From a virus (taxonomy: Duplodnaviria > Caudoviricetes): a DNA stretch of 36,323 nucleotides. The position numbers and the translations under genes are program-made. The stretch covers positions 1 through 36,323 of IMG/VR virus record IMGVR_UViG_3300032332_000710. One strand, written 5' to 3'. Below the pieces are notes generated by a model. It ran no database searches, had not been told where the DNA came from, and saw only the letters and a list, made by a program, of their open reading frames with translations. This document shows positions 27,975 through 35,230 of this stretch, piece by piece (within the stretch, counting starts at the first letter, position 1; every line of letters begins with the position of its first letter).

Positions 27975-28108
27975 GCCTAAGGGACTATTGGGCTACTGCC
28001 TTAACTTTAGGGGTCCACCTGTGGGTGCGGGCTGGCCGGCCTCCCCGACCGATTCGACTTAAGGGTGGGGGGGTCACCCTGACTGTTGCCACCTCGCAAC
28101 GGCTAAAA

Positions 28109-28254
28109 GTGAGTAGGGGAATTGGGCTACTGTCAAATTGTCGGCGTGTCGCGTGGTCGACCGACCAGCCAAACCGACCCCCCACCCCGCTGTAATCAGG
28201 TCATACGCCTTGCAAACAAAGGCAATTTGACAAACTGCCCAAACCCCTACTCAC
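28109..28254. repeat. Imperfect 34-bp inverted repeat with 78-bp spacer at the strand switch
   Basis: GTGAGTAGGGG-AA-TTGGGC-TAC-TGTCAAATTG vs CAATTTGACA-AACT-GCCCAA-A-CCCCTACTCAC. Confidence 0.85.
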
Positions 28255-28373
28255 ACTCTCTCCCTCCCTCTCAGACCCTCTGTGTGGTGTCCATGGTGTG
28301 GACATGACCACAGGGGGGTGAACCCCCCTAGAACCCCCCCAGAGTGGCTCTGAGAGCCATTGCGACACGCTCC

Positions 28374-28400
28374 AAAAACCCTTTGGTTGCAAGGGTTTTT
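28374..28400. terminator. Symmetric terminator-like hairpin
   Basis: AAAAACCCTT-TGGTTGC-AAGGGTTTTT. Confidence 0.6.
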
Positions 28401-28409
28401 AATCTCATG

Positions 28410-28437
28410 TTGACATGTCCCCCAAAGGGTGTATTGT
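28410..28437 (+). promoter_or_regulatory. Housekeeping-sigma promoter for the rightward arm
   Basis: TTGACA-N16-TATTGT. Confidence 0.65.
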
Positions 28438-28443
28438 TCTTCT

Positions 28444-29130
28444 TGTCGGTTCACGAACTGGCACTCGGGAGCGCAACCTCGCCCAGCCGTCCGCACACGC
28501 ACATGTGTGTGTGACGCAGTTGGGGTCGTGCGGTCGCTCACCTCCAAGCGTGGTAGTCGTTGCTTGGGGTGCGTAAGCCCGACACACTACCCACACCAAC
28601 TTGTCTACGCTCGCACTTGACTGCGGACGCTGGGGATACGGTTAACGTGGATGTGCTGACGCACTCGGGCTATCTGCCCACGCGTCGTTCCACCGATTCT
28701 GACCGTCGCTCGATTCTCTGGCTGAAACTGCGTGAATGTGTCCACACTGTGGACGCATGACATAACTGACCACTGGCAACGGTCGGAACGTGTGGGGAAT
28801 CGGTCATTGTGAACCTGTGTGCGTATGAAACGACTACGACGGCTTCGAACGGTAATGCCATGCTCACGCATGTGCCACCCCGTATCCCCACCTGCTCATT
28901 GCGTCACCATGTGTGACAGGTGGATGACCGACCCCTGCAGGGTGCATGCAGGGGTCACTTTGCATTGGCGCACGCTCTCCCCTTCGGGGTGCAAACGTGT
29001 GAATAGTTGACGCACTTGGTCACCAATGCGCAAGGGCGGACAGGGTGCAACTCCCTGTTCGTCCACGACTGGCAAGGTCACCCCGAGTCGGGGCGCACGC
29101 TCTCCTCCATGAGTGCAAACGTGTGAATGA
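28444..29130 (+). ncRNA. Candidate large structured non-coding RNA or leader
   Basis: No credible ORF/RBS; many G-U-containing stems, a long-range 11-bp helix and a duplicated structured motif. Confidence 0.55.
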
Positions 29131-29182
29131 ATGACAAGCCAGCACTGTCCACACTGTGGACACCAACCCTTAAGGAGACACT

Positions 29183-29860
29183 ATGTCTAAGTTAGTTAAC
29201 TTCGTTAAGTCAGCAGTATCAGCAAACGTTGCGTTCGCTAAGTCACAGGTTGCTCTAATCGACGCTACCGAGAACGCCGACGCACGCTTCACTGCTTCAG
29301 CACTAGCCTTCCAGTCAGCACTGGACAATGGTGCGACCACTCGCTCACTTGCGACCGCCGTCAAGGAAGCCACGTCAGACATAGACACCCGTCTTGTCCC
29401 ATTTTTGTACACCAGCCCGACAAGCGTCACTAACCACGCTCTGACAGGTCTAATCATTGACCTTGCAGGTGGCGTGGTCAAGAACGATGAAGTCTTGCTG
29501 GGCTTCCAGATTCAGACTGTCGTAAAGAATGCCGTCAAGGTGCTTGGCACTGCGTCAGTGCGTGAACTTATCGCCAGCACCGAGACTGCTCAGAAGGCTT
29601 TCGACGCACTTGAGCGTGCCACTCGCCTAGCACTGCAGGAAGCCAAGGACGCAGAGTCCGAGGGTGCAGAGTCCGAGGGTGAAGACGAAGTCACCGAGAC
29701 AGGTGACCTTGACAAGGTTGAGCAGTACCTCCTGCTCGCCATTGACCAGTTGAACAATGCCAAGCGTGCGCTCAGTGAGGGTGCTGACCTATCCGACACT
29801 GCCAAGGGTGCGCTTGAGTCGCTGGTCAACTCAGCACTCGCACTCAAGGTCAACGCCTAG
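29183..29860 (+). CDS. First early-arm gene, Ala-rich helical protein with acidic linker
   Basis: 225 aa, TAAGGAG RBS; 15-bp tandem duplication at 29651-29680 (AESEG x2). Confidence 0.85.
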   Translation: MSKLVNFVKSAVSANVAFAKSQVALIDATENADARFTASALAFQSALDNGATTRSLATAVKEATSDIDTRLVPFLYTSPTSVTNHALTGLIIDLAGGVVKNDEVLLGFQIQTVVKNAVKVLGTASVRELIASTETAQKAFDALERATRLALQEAKDAESEGAESEGEDEVTETGDLDKVEQYLLLAIDQLNNAKRALSEGADLSDTAKGALESLVNSALALKVNA

Positions 29861-29888
29861 TCGTTGCCTGTCCACACTGTGGACAACA

Positions 29889-29937
29889 GTCCTGCTGTGG
29901 TCAGCATGTCGGGGTTCGATTCCCCGACAGGACACGC
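29889..29937 (+). ncRNA. tRNA-like element without anticodon arm
   Basis: GTCC-[TGCTG-TGGT-CAGCA]-[TGTCGGGG-TTCGATT-CCCCGACA]-GGAC-ACG. Confidence 0.6.
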
Positions 29938-30030
29938 AAGCATTACCGCCCATGGTGCAGAGGTCTGCCCAAGGGAAACGTCTGCCCAAACCCAACCCTG
30001 TCCACACTGTGGACAAGACAGGATAACCAC

Positions 30031-30420
30031 ATGTCAATCAAGCACTTCTTCGTGTCCGACCTTCTTCGTGAAGGCGTGTCTATCTCTGCTGGCAAGCGTG
30101 ACTACCAGTGGTGTCGTGCGCATGGCTGGAACAGGTACACCTCCCTGTCCAGTGCGTGGGGGGCGTCCCACTGGACGGTATCCGAAGTCAAGGCAGACAA
30201 GCGTGACGAGCGCATTGCGAACCTGCGCCGTCGCTTGACCCTTGCCAAGTGGTGGGTCAAGTACAACAACCCTGTCGCTAACAAAGTCTTCGACCTGTGG
30301 TCTGCCCTAGCCGACCGAGGATACGTCAAGCACTTCGACCACACCTGCCCTGACAATGACATCTGTCAGGGTCACAACGCTGTCCACACTGTGGACAAGA
30401 ATGGAGCAAGCAATGAGTAA
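30031..30420 (+). CDS. Hypothetical early protein
   Basis: 129 aa, AGGA RBS; contains the palindrome in frame (VHTVD). Confidence 0.75.
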   Translation: MSIKHFFVSDLLREGVSISAGKRDYQWCRAHGWNRYTSLSSAWGASHWTVSEVKADKRDERIANLRRRLTLAKWWVKYNNPVANKVFDLWSALADRGYVKHFDHTCPDNDICQGHNAVHTVDKNGASNE

Positions 30421-30538
30421 GTCACCACGCGCCCTGTCCCTAGCCGAGTGGCAGTCTGCTACCCAGCAACAACTTCGTGCCGAGCGTATCGCTCGCACCC
30501 AAGCAATCCTCCGAGCCTCCCAGAAAGCGAGCAAGTAA
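30413..30538 (+). CDS. Small basic protein (41 aa)
   Basis: GGAG RBS; MSKSPRALSLAEWQ; TAATG-coupled to next gene. Confidence 0.65.
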   Translation: MSKSPRALSLAEWQSATQQQLRAERIARTQAILRASQKASK

Positions 30539-30822
30539 TGCCTACATGCCCCAAGTGCAAGAGCGCACAGACCTACTTCAACAGCCCTTCGAACACCTAT
30601 GTGTTCGACTGCAATGATTGCGACCACACATGGTTAGACGCAGATGAGTTTTGGGATAGTGCCATGAAGAATCTGTATGACATAACTGGCGAATGGATTA
30701 GCAACATTGGCAGTAAGCCCTTGCCAAAAGACGAAGGCACTATTCGTGTTATCCATCAGTTAATCGCACTGCGCCAAGACTGGCGTGAGCAAACCACTTC
30801 CGAGTCAAAGGATTGTCAATGA
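30538..30822 (+). CDS. Zn-ribbon protein
   Basis: MPTCPKC...CNDCDHTW. Confidence 0.7.
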   Translation: MPTCPKCKSAQTYFNSPSNTYVFDCNDCDHTWLDADEFWDSAMKNLYDITGEWISNIGSKPLPKDEGTIRVIHQLIALRQDWREQTTSESKDCQ

Positions 30823-31040
30823 GTTACTCAGTAGTTATGGAAGACCAAGGTTGTCGCTTCTTCCCCAAGGGTGGATACAAGTCCATTGGTGACCTCGTGG
30901 GGGCGATTGAGTATGCCCAGCGTGCAGTCAAGCGACAGGGTACGCCAAAGATTGAGGCGCATGTCACTCTTGTGAAAGACAATGGCATGCACAGCGACAC
31001 AGTTGCTATCGTCACACGCACCAGTACGACCCGACTCTAA
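30819..31040 (+). CDS. Hypothetical protein
   Basis: ATGA overlap with upstream gene; MSYSVVMEDQG. Confidence 0.7.
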   Translation: MSYSVVMEDQGCRFFPKGGYKSIGDLVGAIEYAQRAVKRQGTPKIEAHVTLVKDNGMHSDTVAIVTRTSTTRL

Positions 31041-31090
31041 CCTGTCCACACTGTGGACAAAGTATTAAGCAATCTATTAAGGAGATTGAC

Positions 31091-31435
31091 ATGGATGTAA
31101 GCACTCTTGACCTTTTGATTGAAGCCAAAGCAGTAGACGAGTACGCCTGTTGCAAGCGTTGCGGTGAGTCATGGGACGTGTGCTTGAGCGTGCCAGAGGA
31201 GTATGAGAAAGCGTCATGCGGAATGATTAGTATTGCGCTTAACCGCTTTCCCCGAGACCTTGAGCAAGAACGCAACGAGCAGGACAGAGAAGTCCAGCGT
31301 GAACTCAACCTGTGTGCGTGGTGTACCAGCACCGCACCTCTCGCTCCAGAAAACCTGTGGTCAACCGAGAATGGTGTACCGAAGCCCACCTGCAATGACT
31401 GCTGGATTGCTGACGAAGACATTGACTTTGCGTAA
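31091..31435 (+). CDS. Cys-rich hypothetical protein
   Basis: TAAGGAG RBS; CKRC, CAWC, CNDC. Confidence 0.75.
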   Translation: MDVSTLDLLIEAKAVDEYACCKRCGESWDVCLSVPEEYEKASCGMISIALNRFPRDLEQERNEQDREVQRELNLCAWCTSTAPLAPENLWSTENGVPKPTCNDCWIADEDIDFA

Positions 31436-31501
31436 GACCATGCTTGCCCCCAAGGGAAACAAACCGACCGTCCACACTGTGGACAGAAACGAGAACAACA
31501 A

Positions 31502-31840
31502 ATGATTCACTGCATACTGTGTGGCTCTCACAGCCACGACATCTCACGCCACTCTGTAGATGAGATTACCAACTTCACAGACTACATCGGTACACGCAAC
31601 CTCATTCGTGACATAGAGCGGAAGATAGACGCTTACCGCACAATTCTTGAGTCACAAGAGGTCAAGCACTGGAAGCATGGAGTGCTGGCAGGAATGGTGT
31701 CACGAGTGAAAGCCCTTGAAGAATCGTTACACCCACTCAATCTCAAACTCAGTTGCCACGCAGTAAATGTGAACAAACTGCGCAAGGAAACATACGACCG
31801 ACAAAAGGCATACACAGAAAGGGCTACATTCTATGTCTAG
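31502..31840 (+). CDS. Hypothetical protein, Zn knuckle plus coiled coil
   Basis: CILCGSHSH; overlaps next gene. Confidence 0.7.
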   Translation: MIHCILCGSHSHDISRHSVDEITNFTDYIGTRNLIRDIERKIDAYRTILESQEVKHWKHGVLAGMVSRVKALEESLHPLNLKLSCHAVNVNKLRKETYDRQKAYTERATFYV

Positions 31841-32024
31841 AACTGACAAGCACACACCGTTCAGGGTAGTGGAAGGCTCACTACCTTGGCACGAGGCACG
31901 CAAGCACTTCCGTAAGAGTGCAGGGTGTGGCTACAACTGCACGCACTGCAACCCACGCTTACCAAAAGCACCTCGCACTACCCTTACCCAACAGGCACTA
32001 GCCTACGAACTGAAAGCAGAATAA
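31833..32024 (+). CDS. Hypothetical protein
   Basis: MSRTDKH.P...CGYNCTHC. Confidence 0.7.
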   Translation: MSRTDKHTPFRVVEGSLPWHEARKHFRKSAGCGYNCTHCNPRLPKAPRTTLTQQALAYELKAE

Positions 32025-32025
32025 A

Positions 32026-32307
32026 GTGACTCAGCCCTTCTATCCAACCCCAGAGTGTGTCCACACTGTGGACGAGCCAACTCGTAACTACGAAGTGCGG
32101 TCAGCACACGAAGGTGCGTGGGAACTGGACTTCTTGTTCATTGTTACCCCATGCTTCAAGTGTGCTGTTGCAAAGATTAACGAACTTGCGAACCAAGAAC
32201 TTAAGGTTCACTTCGAAGTGTTCGGTGTCAATCCTGATGATGAAGAATTGACCACTGCCCACTTCACCCCCAACTTCTACATCACCCCACAAGAGTCAGG
32301 AGAATAA
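32026..32307 (+). CDS. Hypothetical protein
   Basis: 93 aa, abuts neighbours; in-frame VHTVD. Confidence 0.65.
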   Translation: MTQPFYPTPECVHTVDEPTRNYEVRSAHEGAWELDFLFIVTPCFKCAVAKINELANQELKVHFEVFGVNPDDEELTTAHFTPNFYITPQESGE

Positions 32308-32309
32308 AC

Positions 32310-32591
32310 ATGACTAACGCACTAACCCCAGAAGAAGAAACCGCTATCGTCAACGACTACATCTACCGAGGTGTAGTGCAGGTGTGGTCAACAGGACACC
32401 AGAAGTGGCTTGCCCTGCGCAGTGTGTCCTGCACCCTGTGTACTGCACCTGTAGATGTGTGTGACTCGTCTGCGTATGCCCTGAACCGCTACAAAGGTAA
32501 CAGCGCACTCGGCTATGTAGTAACCCACACCACCTGCTGGGATACCTTTAATAGGACATTCCATTACTGGAATCCACCTACAACTAACTAA
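32310..32591 (+). CDS. Hypothetical protein with CxxC...HxxC
   Basis: AGGAG RBS, 93 aa. Confidence 0.7.
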   Translation: MTNALTPEEETAIVNDYIYRGVVQVWSTGHQKWLALRSVSCTLCTAPVDVCDSSAYALNRYKGNSALGYVVTHTTCWDTFNRTFHYWNPPTTN

Positions 32592-32623
32592 CCGTCCACA
32601 CTGTGGACAGAAACGAGAACATC

Positions 32624-32809
32624 ATGTTTCCACTATCAATCGTTCTACTCATGTGTCTTTTGAGTGCGTTCATTGGGGGCGTATTCATTGACACCTATCG
32701 TGACTACAAGCGTTGGGACGCAGAGCAACAGGCTCTAGCCGACCAGCGCACAGGTACACCTATCAAGGCTCAACTAGAGCGAGAACTAAACATCCGAAAG
32801 GGCAACTAA
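32624..32809 (+). CDS. Small membrane-anchored protein
   Basis: ATG 32624; MFPLSIVLLMCLLSAFIGGVFI TM segment. Confidence 0.7.
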   Translation: MFPLSIVLLMCLLSAFIGGVFIDTYRDYKRWDAEQQALADQRTGTPIKAQLERELNIRKGN

Positions 32810-32811
32810 CC

Positions 32812-33174
32812 ATGGCAAAACCAAGTCTTGAAACCATTCAAGTCAAAGCAGACCTTATCACCTACCTACTCCGCAAGGTAGGTGCGATTGGTGCTGATGA
32901 ACGTGCCGAACTGCAGGTGGGTAACGCTACTCAAGCATGGCGATTGTACTTCTCGTCCCCAGACTCTGGTCAATACACTGCGCCGTTACGTCTCAATGAT
33001 GACAACTTCTTGGGCAACACCAAGAAAGAAGCGTACACAACTATCAGTGCTATCGAATCTACTATCTGGGCTGTACACCATGCCTACGAGCGTCAGAAAG
33101 ATAAGGCTGAGTATCTAGCAAAGGTTGAAGCAACCCCGACCGTCCACACTGTGGACAAGGAAGTGAGTAACTAA
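32812..33174 (+). CDS. Hypothetical protein
   Basis: ATG 32812 (MAKPSLE) after GAAAGGG; in-frame VHTVD near the C-terminus. Confidence 0.7.
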   Translation: MAKPSLETIQVKADLITYLLRKVGAIGADERAELQVGNATQAWRLYFSSPDSGQYTAPLRLNDDNFLGNTKKEAYTTISAIESTIWAVHHAYERQKDKAEYLAKVEATPTVHTVDKEVSN

Positions 33175-33443
33175 TGACTGAGTACACAGGTCGTAAGTTT
33201 GATGATGATTCTGCTGACGAGTTTGTTAATAACTTTATTAGCACCATACCTGAGCATGAACGTGAGTGTGCTTGGGTAGCAGATGACGCTATCACCAAGG
33301 CTTGGGCAGTCAGCCAGAGCCTGACCGATGAAGAATACAGTCACTACAACAGTCACGAGGTATTGCGCTGGGTGTTTCAAGTGATGAAGCACTTCGTTGG
33401 TGATGACAAAGACATCCCTATTACATGGAACAGGAAGTTTTAA
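33174..33443 (+). CDS. Acidic hypothetical protein
   Basis: TAATG coupling, 89 aa. Confidence 0.7.
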   Translation: MTEYTGRKFDDDSADEFVNNFISTIPEHERECAWVADDAITKAWAVSQSLTDEEYSHYNSHEVLRWVFQVMKHFVGDDKDIPITWNRKF

Positions 33444-33444
33444 G

Positions 33445-33537
33445 ATGAAGGACGCAATCAACACCAAGGCTTTGGACACCCTGTCTGAAGCAGAACTAGA
33501 CCGACTACTAGAAATCCTAACGAAAGCAGGTTACTAA
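33445..33537 (+). CDS. 30-aa peptide
   Basis: MKDAINTKALDTLSEAELDRLLEILTKAGY; AGGA RBS, fills the gap exactly. Confidence 0.6.
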   Translation: MKDAINTKALDTLSEAELDRLLEILTKAGY

Positions 33538-33539
33538 CC

Positions 33540-33662
33540 ATGAGTTACACACGAGGCTACATAGTCAGAGACATAGCAACAGGGCTTGAGGACTTTATTA
33601 AAGCCCCAAGTTTCAAGCACGCCCAATGGATTGTGGGCGAAGGCTTTGAGGTGGTCGCATGA
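33540..33662 (+). CDS. 40-aa peptide
   Basis: MSYTRGYIVRDIATG...; ATGA overlap with next gene. Confidence 0.6.
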   Translation: MSYTRGYIVRDIATGLEDFIKAPSFKHAQWIVGEGFEVVA

Positions 33663-33949
33663 GTGCGCCCAAGGGAAACAGTCTGCCGTACGGTGCGCTC
33701 GCCACTGTGCGTTGGAACACCACCAGTTACACGCCTAATCAAGTGTCACAGTATTACTTCTCGTTTGAACCTAATCCTGAAGGTGATGACGAGTATGTCT
33801 ACCCACTATCGGGTAAGAGTGATGACCAAGTGTTCTATGTATGCGACAACGGCTTGCCCGAGTTGCTATCTCTAATCAATCCAGAGGACACAATTTCCGA
33901 CTGCACCGTCCTATCAGTGGACGAAATCTATTACCCCAAGGAGGGCTAA
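33659..33949 (+). CDS. Acidic hypothetical protein
   Basis: GAGGT RBS, 96 aa. Confidence 0.7.
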   Translation: MSAPKGNSLPYGALATVRWNTTSYTPNQVSQYYFSFEPNPEGDDEYVYPLSGKSDDQVFYVCDNGLPELLSLINPEDTISDCTVLSVDEIYYPKEG

Positions 33950-34251
33950 TGAAAACCAAGCACGAAACTGTAGTAAGAAACGCTCTTAACTACGCCAAGG
34001 CAATTACTTGGGACGAGTGCCACAAAATCTATGTGGCTATGGATGACGCACAGGTTGACCTGCTTGCGTCTTATGGTTATGCGCCAATCGTCAGTGCCAA
34101 AGACCATGACACTGATGAGTTGCTTGCACTGCTTGACGAATGGTACGCGGACTCATGTGGTCTTCGTTTCATTCAGGCTGTCCACACTGTGGACAATGAC
34201 CCCAACGCTGGCTTTGTGGACTTGATTCCACAATGTTATGAGGAGAACTAA
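33949..34251 (+). CDS. Hypothetical phage protein
   Basis: ATG 33949 after AAGGAGG; AITWDECHKIY.AMD...WY..SCGLRFIQAV; in-frame VHTVD. Confidence 0.75.
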   Translation: MKTKHETVVRNALNYAKAITWDECHKIYVAMDDAQVDLLASYGYAPIVSAKDHDTDELLALLDEWYADSCGLRFIQAVHTVDNDPNAGFVDLIPQCYEEN

Positions 34252-34433
34252 TGATTGAACCAACAGGACTAGCCAAACTTATTGAAGATAAGTTTCTACC
34301 CTTTGCGTGGACATGCACCTGCAACGGCACGCACCCATCGTGTGCTGAGACCAAGAACACCGATGTGTACGCAATCGCCCAAGCGGATACCGTACTCCGC
34401 ATTACCCAACTGATTAGAGGTCTAAGTGAGTAG
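34251..34433 (+). CDS. Hypothetical protein
   Basis: GAGGAG RBS, TAATG coupling. Confidence 0.65.
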   Translation: MIEPTGLAKLIEDKFLPFAWTCTCNGTHPSCAETKNTDVYAIAQADTVLRITQLIRGLSE

Positions 34434-34662
34434 CCCATACCAATGTCTGACCTGTGCCAACCGCACAGTCTTTGACATCCCCTACGTTGACGTTACCCGA
34501 ACCTTGTACGACTTAAAAGGCAACGTTCTTAATGAAGAATCAGTAGGGTACTCACCCTCTGAAGAAGTCAAGATTAAATGCTCTCTATGTCAAACATCAA
34601 ACCTAAACATCTACCAATCAACCGTCCACACTGTGGACAAGAAAGAAGATAACAATGGCTAA
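34426..34662 (+). CDS. Zn-ribbon protein
   Basis: CLTCAN...CSLC; in-frame VHTVD. Confidence 0.7.
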   Translation: MSSPYQCLTCANRTVFDIPYVDVTRTLYDLKGNVLNEESVGYSPSEEVKIKCSLCQTSNLNIYQSTVHTVDKKEDNNG

Positions 34663-34840
34663 ATACCGAGTCGAATACACGCTAGAGACTACCCACGAGA
34701 TTGTCGTGGAAGCAGACTCTGAAGAACACGCTAGTGAACTAGCGAATGAGATTGACGTTGCAGACTGGAAAGAGACTGACTGCAACACTCTTGACTACAT
34801 CATCACCGACATTACAGACGAGGACACTAACAATGAGTAA
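34655..34840 (+). CDS. Small acidic protein, DpnD/PcfM-like
   Basis: KYRVEY......EIVVEADSEEHA.ELA. Confidence 0.65.
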   Translation: MAKYRVEYTLETTHEIVVEADSEEHASELANEIDVADWKETDCNTLDYIITDITDEDTNNE

Positions 34841-35195
34841 CTTCACCGAACTACGCAATGCTATTAACGAATACCTGATTGCTCTACGCACTAACAATGA
34901 CAAGCGCATTGAAGGTAACCCCTACTCAACCCCAATCAACTTTACGGTTCAGTACGCACGCCGTTACGCCAAGGTTGTACAGGCTTACGAAGGCTCTGAG
35001 AGCCTGTCTGTCCACGCTTTCATTGACCTGCTCAATGGCGATGTAATCAAGCCAGCAGGGTGGAAAGCACCACAGAAGGAAGGCGTTGGTCTCAAGAGCA
35101 ATGCGGTTCGCTTCAACCTGCTTGACCCTGAGTCCAAACGTCAGTGCTTTGAGCGTGCTGACTTCGCTGGCTCGTATCTCTACAAGAACAACTAA
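34833..35195 (+). CDS. Conserved phage early-type protein
   Basis: ATG 34833 after GAGGA; RRYAKV...SVHAFID..NGDVIKPAGWKAP.K...VRFNL...AD.AGSYLY. Confidence 0.75.
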   Translation: MSNFTELRNAINEYLIALRTNNDKRIEGNPYSTPINFTVQYARRYAKVVQAYEGSESLSVHAFIDLLNGDVIKPAGWKAPQKEGVGLKSNAVRFNLLDPESKRQCFERADFAGSYLYKNN

Positions 35196-35230
35196 CCTGT
35201 CCACAGTGTGGACAAGAATGGATAACTGAC

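Larger units (their letters stand above)
28739..35214. repeat. Dispersed 17-bp palindrome YGTCCACA(C/G)TGTGGACR, 13 copies
   Basis: Starts at 28739, 29146, 29869, 29999, 30381, 31043, 31469, 32058, 32593, 33141, 34179, 34623, 35198 (inverted); 2-mismatch variant at 28288. Confidence 0.97.

Noticed and set aside
27800-29081. Short ORFs called on both strands of the switch region
   Set aside because: Mutually overlapping, no RBS, odd C/R/P-rich composition; better explained as GC-rich non-coding sequence
29889-29937. Canonical tRNA gene or attP remnant
   Set aside because: Only about 45 nt, no anticodon arm, no CCA, no integrase in the window; kept as a tRNA-like element
29757-30238. ORFs 29757-30026 and 29864-30238, including an apparent CPHCG zinc knuckle
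   Set aside because: They overlap better-supported genes, and CPHCG is just another reading frame of the palindrome
33907-33923. CGTCCTATCAGTGGACG as a further palindrome copy
   Set aside because: Four mismatches in the 15-bp core; may be a decayed site but cannot be told from chance
28739-35214. Palindromic repeats as a CRISPR array
   Set aside because: Repeats are only 17 bp, intervals are 130-1038 bp and contain intact genes, and there are no cas genes
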